Part shown: piece after piece, positions 52,160 through 64,000 of the stretch | How positions within the stretch are numbered: position 1 is the stretch's first letter | Layout: each line of letters starts with the position of its first letter | Assembly: GCA_028534125.1 (NCBI GenBank) | Contig: CM052818.1 | Location: 16,556,001-16,620,000, forward strand | Direction of reading: 5' to 3' | Length of the DNA: 64,000 nucleotides | Source: Lama glama | Taxonomy: Eukaryota | Made by a program: the position numbers and the translations under genes | Notes under the pieces: generated by a model | The model's database searches: none | Seen by the model: only the letters and a program-made list of their open reading frames with translations | What the model was told of the DNA's origin: nothing

Positions 52160-53081
52160 CCCAGGACCAAGTTCCACCAACTCCTGCCAGGAAACCTCAA
52201 CAAGCCTCTAGTCTAGCTTCACCCACCAGGAGGCAGATACCAGAAATAAGAAAACAACAATCCCAAAGCCTGTGGAAATAATCTGCAAACTCAGGCCAGA
52301 CTCTGCCCTGGGACCAGCTGGATCCTGGCTCTTGAGTGACAAGAGAGTACTGTTGGAATGCACAGGACTTCTCCAAGGTCAAGAAATGTAATACAAAGAG
52401 TACCCAAACAGAGTTGAAGAATACAATTACTGAAATGAATAATATACTAGAAGGAACTAAAAATAGACTAAATGAGGCAGAAGAACGGATCAGAGAAGAG
52501 CTAGAAGGCAGTAGTGGTAATCACTACTGCAGAACAGAAAAAAGAAAGAAAAAAAAATGAAGATAGTTTTAAGAGACCTCTGAGACGACATGAAGTGCAC
52601 AAATAGTTGCATTATAGGGGTCCCAGAAAGAGAAGAAAAGAGAGAAAGGAGCTGAGAAAATATTTGAAGAGGTAATAGCTGAAAATTTCCCTAGCCTGGG
52701 AAAGGAAACAATCACTCAAGTCCAGGAAGTGCAGAGAGTCCCACACAGGATTAACCCAAAGAGGAATACCTGGAGGCACATAGTCGTCAAACTAACAAAA
52801 ATTAAAGATAAGGAGAAAATGTTAAAATCAGCGAGAGAAAAGCAACAAATAACATATAAGGGAACTCCCCATAAGATAATTAGCTGATTTTTCAGCAGAA
52901 ACTCTACAGGCCAGAAGGGAATGGCACAATATATTTAAAGTAACGAAAGGGAATACTCTATCCAGCAAGGCTCTTGTTCACATTTGATGGAGAAATCAAA
53001 AGCTTCACAGATAAACAAAAGCTAAAAGAATTCAGCACCACCAAACTAGCTTTACCACAAATGTTAAAGGAACTTCTCTAG
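52160..53081 (+). mobile_element. L1: distal 5'UTR plus decayed ORF1, ending at the ORF1 stop
   Basis: QTELKNTITEMNNILEGTKNRLNEAEERI (ORF 52336-52560); attataggggtcccagaa, atagctgaaaatttccctagcctgggaaagg, gctgatttttcagcagaaactctacaggccagaagggaatgg, caaatgttaaaggaacttctctag. Confidence 0.9.
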
Positions 53082-53814
53082 TTGATTGATCTGGTCACAC
53101 TTGGTATGGAAACTGTACCAGTCATTCTGAAAACACCTGAGCAAGATACACTTATAAGGTTAAGCTCCTGGAGATTGTCCCCATTACAGAATGGACGAGG
53201 GAATAGCAGAACTGGATCTAGAACCCAGCCATCCAACTTCACTTCCCATGCCTAACCCTCTTTGTCTCCCCTCTCTCACACACTCAGTTCCTTCCAGAGC
53301 CCACCCCTCCACCCCTCTGTCAGCTCACGCCCTCCTCCAGCTTCTCCCTCAGAGACTGTGGAGCACAGAGCTGGAATCCAGGAACTAGAAACATTGAGGC
53401 CATTGTTTCTAGCGTTAAGACATTTGTTTTCAGAATCTCCCTGAATATAGTAGGGGAGTGGGGAAACGTTGGCTACTAAGAGGAAAGCATTGCCTTTTTG
53501 TTCTAGATGATTAGGATAGCACCATTGTATGAGCAGTTCTCTCATTCTGAAAATGATGCCAGAGTCACTTTTCCAGCAAGTGGCATCTTTCTGTTGGGTG
53601 ATGAGGTAATAGGCACACTTCCTTGTTTTTTGTCATGGACATTTGTCTGTCTCTCTAGTTTCCATTTCCATTATTCAGGCAATTGCCCCAAATCTAGGAA
53701 CAAGTGGGAAATCTAATTATTCCACATTTTCAGATCATGGGGTCTGAATGGAGTTCCATTTTCAGTTTCAGAAGCTTGTGAGCTGCACACTTGCACAATC
53801 CATGTATCCTATTC

Positions 53815-53900
53815 TCCTGTATACAGTTGTTGAGATAGTATAACTACTTATCCATTCCCTTGTAGATGGACATTTAGGTTGTTTCCAAATATTCATAATG
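53815..53900 (-). mobile_element. Small old L1 fragment
   Basis: tatccattcccttgtagatggacatttaggttgtttccaaat (antisense WKQPKCPS, L1 ORF2 C-terminus). Confidence 0.6.
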
Positions 53901-56900
53901 AATCCTAACATTTCTTCTCTCATAAGCTTGTTGCAAAAAATTATGCAAGCCAACTATTCAGTCTTAGTGTACATTTTCTCACTTGTAAAGTGAAAAATTT
54001 GAGTTAAATGATCTCCAAGTTTCTTTTCTGTGCTAAAATCCTGTGTTCCATATTCTCTGAATACTGATGTCTCTTTAAATATCTAGCCCTTGTCCATGTG
54101 TATCTGTTGGGCTTTCTCATCTTCCTGGCTTCTGTGAGTGACCTGAAATCTGAGTTCTCAGGGAGATGTTTTGCAAGGCACTGTTTGACTTCCCCAGACA
54201 CCAATATGCTCATATCGTGGTCTGTTTCTTTTAGCCGCATCTTCCCATTGTCCTGATATGCCTCTATAGTGACATCTGTGCCACCTGCTACAGACTTCAC
54301 CTTAGGGAAATCTTCCCATTATGGAAGGCTGGCTTCACCTTGCAGAGCTCTTTGGCTGTTTGGGAAAAAAACATGTTCTTCCAGATGGGTTAGCAGAGTA
54401 TTTCAGAATTGATTCCATGTTGGCTATTCTCCAGGAATCTCTGCAAAGAAGCTGCAAAAGAATAGTTTTTTAAAAATCTGCTCCTCATAACCTACCTGTG
54501 CTCTATGCTTGTTCCACGAACCGTATATTTCAGCAAAGCTTCCTGATCTGATATCAAAACCTGTTTAAGAAAGAAAACAGCTCAAAAGAAACAAAATCTG
54601 CTCTGAACATTAAAATCCCTCTATAATTTAAAAAAAATAGTATATTTACTACTACAAGCAAAAACTTGATGCAAGGATTTTTTTTTTTTTTTAATGAAGC
54701 AGTTTAGTTTCTCAAACCAGAAGAACTGGGGAAGTTCACTTTAATAACATGGAAAATGTTGACTGGAGTAAAATGGTGTCATAAATGTATTCCACTAACA
54801 GGCATTTAATATAGTTAGTTTTCAAACTATAGTTATCAAAAATAACTGTTAGGAAGTAGAAGCCATGTCTTTCTAAATGTTAGGGTTCTGGTTCCTTCTG
54901 CCATAAATGGTTACACTTAAGTTTGCACCGAGGCACGATAAGGCAGGATGTGTTCCTGCTCCTTGTGGGAATGATACTGCTGTGAGTTTGCTCTTCCCTT
55001 CTCTAGTGCATAGAGTGGATGATGGCTGTATGAGGAAAGAGATGAGGTTAGCACACGCTTATTCTTACAGCAGGCTGATAACAGCAGTGCAGAAATAGTC
55101 CCTTACCCTTCAGTTTCATTGCTGTTAAACATAAAAATCTATAAGGTCTTGCAGGACCAAGTGATCATGAAGTCCTGAACCTGAGAATCTTTCTGGGTAC
55201 ATCAGACTAAGAGTTAAAATAGAATGCTGTGATTAAATATGAAGATACGATCACATTCATATTGGATGACGGTGAGGATCAGTGAGAGTTTTATCAAATG
55301 ATACGTAAGTTTTCTTTACAAAAGTGTTTTTTAAAAAGCTTAGTTGGAATCTTAAAATGATGCTAGGAAATTAGTAAGAAGAGACCTTCTGAAACAAAGC
55401 TATATATTAAATTAAGAATAGAAATTGATTAATGGTATCGTGATTTTAGGGAAGCAGACTTTACACTGGAACTGGTGGTTTAAACCTCTTACACAAAATA
55501 TCTAATTAATAGTATTTTTTTCTTCTTTTCCTCTTTCCTTTTTTTTCTCTCTTTGGCAATCAGTCATCTTCAAAGCGACTCTGTAATCTTAAACATTTAA
55601 AGTGAGAATCATATTGTCATCATGCATGTAAAAGCAATTATCTATATAGCCAAATTAACTGTATGATTGTCATAATATGCTTGGTGATCCTGTTGTGGAG
55701 ATGATTTTGTCATTAAATAGCAACAAATGAAAAACATATTAATAAAGTGAACAATAAACAATAATTAAAATAATAAAGATAGTGCTATTATATACTATAT
55801 AACTACTCTCAAAAATATCACTTCACTTTTACAAATCTCTCAAGTGGTTGTAATTTGACCCAAATGTAAGATGAGAAATGTTTGGGGAGCATTTACTGTC
55901 TACCCTTAGTATTTGCATTTTGAGAGACCCCAATTAGAGTAACCCCCTGTGTATTTCTTTACATCTTTACAACCTCACCACTAGGGAAGTAATTTATTTT
56001 ATTTGTAAGTTTGGGAGAATTGGGCATGCTCTTTCCAGCATCTTCCTCCCATCCTTCTTCTGAGATCTGGCTGCTTACCGACAGGGTGCATGCTCATTAG
56101 CTCTTTTGGCCGTATAGATAGGCTCGCAGCGATCCTGTTTTACCTGTAACCAAACAGGCCTGTCTATTCCAGCAGTGCAAGAGGTGGGAGGGGGCAGAGA
56201 TCACAACCATCATTTGCCTCCACCAAAACTATGTCCTGCAAACAACTTTATTAATAATATAAGGGCTTTTTGAAGTCCATCTGCATGACACCTATATCTA
56301 TCTTGTATTTAGTTGGGAAATGAGATACGAGATTTACTTACATTTATTGCTCAAATTCTAAAAAATTGGAGCCTCAGCAGAAGCTTGCTCCTAGTCACAT
56401 AATAAATGACAGAACAACCATGGCAGCAGAGGCTAAAAAAGTTTTGAGGTTTGACCTGGACTAAGCTACAGTAGTTATCAAACAATGCCCAACAAAGTCC
56501 AAAGGTTTACTGGTGGATTCTCAATGTCTTCTGGAAGTAAGATAAGGGTTTCAGGGAGAAGGCAGGGCAATGGATGCTTTTTTTATCTGAGATATATATA
56601 TATATATGTAATATTTTTATTTTGTATAATACTTATTTTCAAAAGAAGAGATTTTCCATTTTAAAAAAACTACTTTTAAAAGGTACCTGACTAGAATAAT
56701 GAATGATTGTTGGAATAAAGGAATACCTGGTAGCCCTCAAGTGCTCCTTGTTTTTCAGGGTTTATTTACATTTCATATATGTTATTAACACTTGTTTAAT
56801 TGCACCTAGGGAAGCCCTGGAAAAAAAAGAACCCATCTAGACAATATTTCTTCCTCCAGGAGGTAACAATCCAGAGAACATACAAGTGTAAGTATGAATT

Positions 56901-58870
56901 CCCTTACATCTTTAAACATCTTTAAAAATTCAGCGAGAGATGGTTGTAGGATGAACACTTCCCAGAAGGATCAGAGCATAATATCACTGAAACAAAGGAA
57001 TGCTGGCTTCTATTTTTAATTTTCTTTTATTTGATTACCTTTATTACTTTCTAAATTATTATTTAACTTTAAATATATGATCACAACCTTCTAGTAAGTA
57101 ATAATTTCAGTGTGTATCATTGTCATTTTCCATATTACCTTTGCCCTGTAGATATATGAATACTTGTCAAATGATATTCCCCAACATACACAATATTAGA
57201 TCTAAAATCCCTACTCTCACAAGAGTTCTGCTCTCTTCTCTATTTCAGTTCCCCTGTCCTTCATTCTACTCACATACTACTCACATCTAGCCATCTACTC
57301 CAAGGAATGTTCAAAGCTTGGGGCAGTTTGGGACTGGAAGGGCTGAAGGCCTCCAAAGGAAGCCAGCAATACCAACTTCTCTTTCTATACATCTCATTTT
57401 AGAGTTGAGGTTATATTTTTGGTCCCTTTGTGATCACCAGCACTCTAAGATAACTTCCAAACATGTAAGTGCAAAGACAGAACAAAGAAGGCTCCTAAGT
57501 TCTTGGAACACATTTGGCATACTGTGAGTATTAATTCTTTCAGCAAAATAAAGCTGTAGGATGTTGAAGGAATGTGATTAAAGTAGACAAGAAAAGGTGG
57601 CCTGGGATCCACATCCATGTAGTGGAAACGATGAGTCACACCCAATCCAATCTACACTGCCTCTTGGCTTATACTTCTGTCTCTATTTGCTCTACTAGAA
57701 AGAGAGAAGAAAAAAACCTCTATTATTTAATACACAAAGCCTCAAGGGCAGTATCTGTATTAAGAATGTCTCCTTTCAACTCTAACTATCTCTGTTCTTG
57801 ATCTGAACACTTCTGTCCCTGTCACTGTAGGGCTAAGGAAACACAAATGCAAGACTGGATCAGGAATACTTCCCCCACCACTTGGCCGTTGTGTTGAAAG
57901 GAAAGCCAGAAGACAGAATGGTATTGGGAGAGCACAAAATTTAATGGGCAAGGCACACGCTGATTGTCTTTTATAATCCTTTTCATGGTTCCCTATGTAA
58001 AAAATGTAGTCTATGCCTAAATTTCAGTCTTTTTTGAGAAAATAAAGATAAAGGACATGGCAGCAGACAGGAAAACAGGAATTGGAAGCTTTACCATTTC
58101 CTGTAATTACAGAAGGCAATACCTCCTTGATCCACTGCACATTTTGTTTTGCATTTTTAATTCTTTGAGAGTTAGAGTCAAAACTAATACGTAATTTATA
58201 ATTAATATCTCAATAATATTATGCAGGGAAGAGGGGGAAGGAAAAAAGACTCTTCTGCAAATATGAAACAATATGATTTGAAAGTTAATTTAAGAGGAAT
58301 GGATTGTGTTTAAATATTTTTAGCTTAATTCCAAAAATGAAGTTAGAAAATAAAGTTATTAATAGAGAAAGGGGACAGCTAGGAAGACTTAGAGAATCTT
58401 ATAGAAGAGATGAAGAAGAGGGCCGTGACCACTGATACAGAGGGAGACTTTAAAATAAAAGATTAGGATGGATGACTAAAAATAATTTTGACCTCAAGAC
58501 AATAAAATATATCTTAAGAAAATATACATTATTAGGAATCAATAATAAACCTGAGTATATCTTTAGGGAAACAGTTTTTTTAAAAAGTGTTAAAAAGTTT
58601 TTACAGTGTAGGACACTAGTCTAGATTGTTTCATAGGCATACCGACTTATTTATTTATTCAACAAGTGCTAATTGAATTCAGGCACAGCTTTAAAGAACT
58701 TTCAAGGAAAGATAATTCTCATGCTTTAAAAATTATAAAAATTTTTCCAGAAAGCCTCCTCTTTTCTGTTAGAATTATTTACCTCCTCCAAGAAACATTA
58801 GCCACACTTTACGTGCTTCTCCACAGAGGCATAAACTCAATCACATATTTCACTCCTCCTAGACTGGCAT

Positions 58871-59560
58871 TTGGTGGGTTATTTGTAAAAATACTTGCAA
58901 TAATTTTGTCCATCCTAATTTGCATTCCCCTTTGCAATGTAATGGTTCTACTCCTTGACTTTAGCCTGTCCTGTGAATTTCTATGGCTGACAGAATATAA
59001 GAAGTGATGTTATATGATTTCATTGCCTAGACTTCATGTCCCTGCTGCTACCACTTTCACCTTCTCACTGCTAAGTTCATGTAAAGAATCCTGGGCTAGT
59101 TTACTGGAGACATATGGCCCAGCTAAGAGCATTATCAATCACCAGACCTGTTACCAAGACCAGCTCAGACCATGAAGCCCTAGGAAATGAACCCAAGATA
59201 ACTGCAACCACATGAGTAAGCTCAGACACTACAACACTGGAGTTAGACATGCCATCTTACCTTAGGCTGGGCTAACTGACTCGTCTATAGTATTACAAAC
59301 AAATGAATTGTTGTTTTAAGTCACTTAATTTTGGAGTGGATTGCTACAAAGCAAAAGATAGTTGAGAGAGAAATTGAATCCAGAAATGAGGTGCTGCCTT
59401 AACAAACATCTAAACATGTGGTATTGGCCTTGGGATTAGGCGGTAGACAGACACAGGAAGAGCAGTAAGAAGGCTGTGCTAGATTTGAAGACATGCGATC
59501 TGTGTAATGTAGTTGTGTCATAAGTATTACAACTGCTGTCTAGAGTAACTTGGATGATCA
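58871..59560 (+). mobile_element. MaLR LTR (MLT1F-like, ~58871-59367) plus start of the internal region
   Basis: cccctttgcaatgt...gttgttttaagtcacttaattttggagtggattgctacaaagcaaaagatag, then gaggtgctgccttaacaaacatctaaacatgtggtattggccttggga. Confidence 0.7.
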
Positions 59561-59745
59561 TATATACATATATACATGGCAAATGACACTTTATATATTC
59601 TCAGATACATCTTTCCTCTTCAATGGCTTGTAGCTCACTTATTGAATGATGAAGTAGATGAAAAGCCAAGAATGAATGGAAAGGAGGGGTGACTAAATCA
59701 TATTGAAAGTAACATTTGAGTTGGACTTAGACCCAAGGGATCCTT

Positions 59746-59746
<1 letters not shown>

Positions 59747-59777
<31 letters not shown>

Positions 59778-59781
59778 TTTT
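59747..59781. repeat. (TTTA)n microsatellite
   Basis: Directly visible. Confidence 0.95.
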
Positions 59782-59795
59782 AATTTAGTAGGTAA

Positions 59796-60280
59796 AGTTG
59801 CCAGAGAGTAGGTTTGTATCTTGTGCAGGAAAGAATTCAAGAGCAAGCCATAGTAAAGTGTAAGTAGATTTATTCAGGGAAATACATACTTCATAAACAG
59901 AGTGCAGGCTGTCTTAGAAGGCTAGAGAGGCAGCCCCAGGGTATGGGGTTGTTAGTTTTTAATGGGCTGGATAATTTCATATGCTAATAAGTGAGAGGAT
60001 TATTTCAGCTATTTTGGAGAAGGGGTGGGGATTTCCAGGAATTTGGCCATTGTCACTTTTTGGCCTTTTATGGTCAGTCTGGAAACTGTCATGGCTTCTG
60101 TGGGTGTGTCATTTAGCAAGCTTATGTCTTACAGTAAGCTTATAATGAGGCTCAGTGTCTACTGGAAGTTGAATCTTCCACCGTCTTGGGCTGTGTTGGT
60201 TCTAACCAGTTTATGTCCTATCCTCAATTGCTGTGTCATTCTTTTAATGGTTGTGCCCTGCCCCCTTCTCTCCTGTGTCA
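59796..60280 (-). mobile_element. ERV1-class solo LTR inserted into an L2 remnant
   Basis: 4-bp TSD GTAA (59792-59795 / 60281-60284); right end CA, left end AG instead of TG; minus-strand AATAAA near 59870; family not resolved. Confidence 0.75.
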
Positions 60281-60466
60281 GTAAGAGGATTTCCATGAGA
60301 GGATGTAGTAGAATGAGCAAAGACTTGAAATCCTAACTATTCAGGCATGTTGAAATAGGTATGTAGAGGAGAGTGGTGGAAAATGAGACTAGAAACACAG
60401 TTTAGCATTTGAGATGATCCTTGCATGTAATTAAGTAACTTGAGTTTCATTTTCTAATCAGTAAGT

Positions 60467-60468
<2 letters not shown>

Positions 60469-60511
<43 letters not shown>
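60469..60511. repeat. (TA)n microsatellite
   Basis: Directly visible. Confidence 0.95.
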
Positions 60512-60514
<3 letters not shown>

Positions 60515-60726
60515 GTCATTAATTTTTTGTTAATACTGCATTGGAATAACTTTTGGCACTTCCACATGTATTGATTCTATGTTATTACTTGTATTCAACA
60601 ATTATTTATTTAGCATATTTGTGTATGCTACACAATAATAAGCATTGTGAGAAATTTATTTTTATTAATTCAAACATGTGATTCTAGCTTGGGAGAATTT
60701 GTAGTTGCATTAAGAAGGAACAGATG

Positions 60727-60842
60727 ATGAAGCTAGAACACTCCCTTACACCATACACAAAAATAAACTGAAGATGGATCAAAGACTGAAACATAAGACA
60801 AGATACAATAAACCTCCTAGAAGAAAATATAGGCAAAACATT
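60727..60842 (+). mobile_element. Young 5'-truncated L1 ORF2 fragment running into the gap
   Basis: Translates as MKLEHSLTPYTKIN*RWIKD*NIRQDTINLLEENIGKT, an L1 ORF2 C-terminal region. Confidence 0.9.
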
Positions 60843-61342
60843 NNNNNNNNNNNNNNNNNNNNNNNNNNNNNNNNNNNNNNNNNNNNNNNNNNNNNNNNNN
60901 NNNNNNNNNNNNNNNNNNNNNNNNNNNNNNNNNNNNNNNNNNNNNNNNNNNNNNNNNNNNNNNNNNNNNNNNNNNNNNNNNNNNNNNNNNNNNNNNNNNN
61001 NNNNNNNNNNNNNNNNNNNNNNNNNNNNNNNNNNNNNNNNNNNNNNNNNNNNNNNNNNNNNNNNNNNNNNNNNNNNNNNNNNNNNNNNNNNNNNNNNNNN
61101 NNNNNNNNNNNNNNNNNNNNNNNNNNNNNNNNNNNNNNNNNNNNNNNNNNNNNNNNNNNNNNNNNNNNNNNNNNNNNNNNNNNNNNNNNNNNNNNNNNNN
61201 NNNNNNNNNNNNNNNNNNNNNNNNNNNNNNNNNNNNNNNNNNNNNNNNNNNNNNNNNNNNNNNNNNNNNNNNNNNNNNNNNNNNNNNNNNNNNNNNNNNN
61301 NNNNNNNNNNNNNNNNNNNNNNNNNNNNNNNNNNNNNNNNNN
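60843..61342. other. Assembly gap (500 N)
   Basis: Run of N. Confidence 1.
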
Positions 61343-61569
61343 ATCCTACATCAGTCACATGGCTAAACTGACTGCAAGAGAGTATGGAACATATAATCTG
61401 AGTGCCAAGAGAGAAGGGAAGAACATAGATATTAGTGACACTGATAGCCACTTACCGAACATCAAATGCCTTTACAATCCTTGTTTAGCCACTTCAAGTA
61501 ATGCTCTGAGAGGAGCATCTTATACATTTGTTGATAATGAGAGATAAATGACCCTCAGAAAAATGTCTT

Positions 61570-62725
61570 GCAGACTTCTGATTTCTGGTCTGACATGTAA
61601 AGAGCTTCGAAGTTGTCATTTTCAAACTCAAAGCAAGAAAAATGTTGAATAAACTGAAAATCAACAACTCTTCTTAGATCCATCAGAGAATTTTGGTCAC
61701 AGGGCAAGCTGTCTCCCAGAAAATCAGATAGACAGGCAAATACAGAGAATCACAGTTTGCCTGGAATGGAAACCAGGAGTAGAAGCCCACTGCTGTAGCC
61801 AGTATCTGTGGGAACACTTAAATGGTGATTGACAAATTGATGGAGGTTCAATCTGAATGAGCTTGAGTTAAAAATCTCTGAAGTTCCATTCTTAGCAAGG
61901 CCCAGGTTTCACCTTCAGGAGCCCCACCGCATTCTCAGGTGAAGACTGGAGAAAATTTCTCTTATATTTCTAACAGCAAGAGGGGAAAGTTAGCTGTTTT
62001 GAAATATATCCAGAGTATTATTTTTCTCCTTAAAAAAAGCCTGCCCTCATAACATACTATTTTGCCAGAGCCTAACCAAGTGGAAGGCAAATACCCAACT
62101 CCAGGCCCATCTAACTTTCCTCTCATCTAAGGGGTAGAAAATAGTGTAGCACTTGTGAAAGCCACAACCTGGGGAAACAGGCTCACTAAAGACTTTGATC
62201 AGTCATAGGACTGTAGACTGCTTCTCTTTCCCCCACACTCACTACCACATCAGTCAGGCTCCTCTGTAGAAACAGGGTATTACAGCTGAAAGAACTAGAA
62301 GCCTCATTCTCTATTAAAAAAAAAAAAAGAGTATCTAGGAAAACAGAAGTGACAGTAGAGGAGACAAAAACAAGGACACTAAAGGGAATGTTAGTCTCTG
62401 ACACCTATAGCTCCAGCAAACATTAAACATAGTTTAACTTCTAGCCAGATAAGCATAAAACCTCACACTAAAGGCCTATTGTCTTAGTTCCTCTTACCTG
62501 ATATATTATGTCTGGCTATCAACAGAAAATTATAAGGCATGCTAAAAGAAAAAAAAAACAGTCTGAAGAGACAGAGTTAACTTCAGAACCAGACTCAGAT
62601 ACAGCTATCATACCAGGAATTTGCAACAACTGTGATTAATATTCTAAAGGCTTTAATAGAAAAATCGGACAACGTGCAAGAAGAGATGGGTAATGTAAGC
62701 AGAGAGATAGAAACCCTAAGAAATT
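61570..62725 (+). mobile_element. Old L1 5'UTR and start of ORF1 (L1MC/L1MD-like)
   Basis: aataaactgaaaatcaacaactcttcttagatccatcagaga...aaaattataaggcatgctaaaaga...cttcagaaccagactcagata...gatgggtaatgtaagcagagagatagaaaccctaagaaa. Confidence 0.75.
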
Positions 62726-63917
62726 TGCATCCTAAGGACATTTAAAATATCTGCACTGTTACATCAAGAAATGTGTCATTAATTAGGGCACCTTATCTAC
62801 TGAGATTATTTATCAAGATTTTATTTTTTGGACACAGACACCTACTTAGCCTGTTCTTGATGCAGTTCCACATGGAAGAGCCTCACATGTACCCCAAGGA
62901 AGGATAGCATCTATTTTCACCTGCTGATAGTGATGGCAAAACATAAGTGATATGTAAGTATCCCTTGTACCCAGAGGAAAATGAAGTGTTTGGTCGTGGG
63001 AATTGAGACAGGAATGATCATCATAAGCTAATGTGTCAGTTTCAAGTTTTATACACATAAGAACCATTTGTATTCTGTTCACCACTGAAAATCCAAGGAA
63101 ACTTTGTACAGTACTTTCATTTCATCTGTTTCTCCATATCTAATCCACCAGCCACTCAAAAATGCTTTCATTTTCATGTAACATAAACAGTACATTTTTA
63201 GCTATAAACTCTTCCTGACTTAAAAAATGGAACTGTCTCTCATTTTCTGATTTAGTGAAGTGGAGTCCCTTCTAATGCCAAGCATCATAGGGAGTACCAA
63301 TCATAGAAAGGTAAAAAGAACTGGCCCCTCCATTCAACAAAAGTATAGTCTAGAAAAACCTTATGAATCTTTGTTGAAAGAATCCTATCATGAGCACTAA
63401 TGATGTGATAAAGAGAAACTAGATCAAATATGAGAGAACCAATAATTCATTCGTCACTGTCACCTCTGTGGCAAGGAAAGTCCTATGTGGGGAGCAATTT
63501 CCAAGGAACTTAGAGGACATAGGGAAAAGCAGTAGACTCCAAATAGACTTTTTTAACAATCCAACTGCCCAGAAATATCTAATCATATTTCTTTCTTTAA
63601 ACACAATCTTTAACCCTCAGTTGATAAGTCTCAACATTTTTGAAATAGAGCCCCCAAATGACAAAAATTCCCCTTGAATATAATTAGGGACTTCCAAGTG
63701 TTTTGCCATATGTGGATTTCCAGGGCCATGTGTCACAGTCCGAAGCAGTAACATTGCAATATCCATTCAAAATAGTTGTTTTTGTTTTTGTTATTGTTTT
63801 TGTTTTTGTTTTCTGCACAAGCCAACGATGTGTGATTAACCATTCAAAACAAATTGTCAGATTTGCTCAATGCAATTTAATGTTTATTGCATTTAGTCAT
63901 AATTCCACATCTAATTG

Positions 63918-64000
63918 GTAATGATAATATTTATTGAGTGAAAATCATGTTCCTGGCACTCTTTCAAGCATTTTATGTAAATTTACCTCATACAATCTTT
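63918..64000 (-). mobile_element. MIR fragment, cut by the window end
   Basis: aatatttattgagtg...atgttcctggcactctttcaagcattttatg. Confidence 0.6.

Noticed and set aside
54004..54455. 98-aa minus-strand ORF with an upstream acceptor-like site (ctattcttttgcag)
   Set aside because: GTG start, an in-frame stop just upstream, all frames from the acceptor close early, and no recognisable domain; a non-coding exon cannot be excluded.
55154..55304. Exon-like segment between cttgcag and gtaagt
   Set aside because: Weak pyrimidine tract, stops in all three frames, and no partner exons identified.
56469..56692. Possible decayed hAT (MER-type) element; a similar candidate at ~12314-12510
   Set aside because: The ends look vaguely like terminal inverted repeats, but neither family nor TSD could be supported.
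60684..61547. The two longest ORFs (255 and 257 aa)
   Set aside because: Artefacts of reading through the 500-N gap.
1..64000. CRISPR arrays, operons or other prokaryotic systems
   Set aside because: The sequence is clearly mammalian non-coding DNA, with no regularly spaced repeat-spacer array and no long ORFs.

Overview
AT-rich, gene-poor mammalian genomic DNA made mostly of transposable-element fossils: L1 of several ages, L2, MIR, a probable CR1/L3 remnant, MaLR/MLT LTRs, an ERVL provirus remnant, ERV1-type solo LTRs and MER58 hAT elements. It also holds microsatellites and a 500-N gap. I see no intact protein-coding gene, RNA gene or prokaryote-type system. The listed ORFs are chance ORFs or decayed L1 ORF1/ORF2 pieces. 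The first ~650 bp may be the terminal exon/3'UTR of an unidentified plus-strand gene. The young L1 3' ends and the absence of Alu, Bov-tA, PRE-1 or SINEC-like SINEs suggest a camelid (inference from recalled consensus sequences). The most notable structures are: (1) an apparent ~1.65-kb inversion at 50.5-52.2 kb that splits one L1 5'UTR and is bracketed by a ~130-bp inverted duplication; (2) a 42-bp L1 tail insertion with a perfect 17-bp target-site duplication (TSD) at 34.85-34.92 kb; (3) L1 copies that keep their 5' end but lack large internal parts (9.5 kb, 30.1 kb). Repeat family names come from visual recognition, not a database search, and boundaries are approximate unless TSDs are given.
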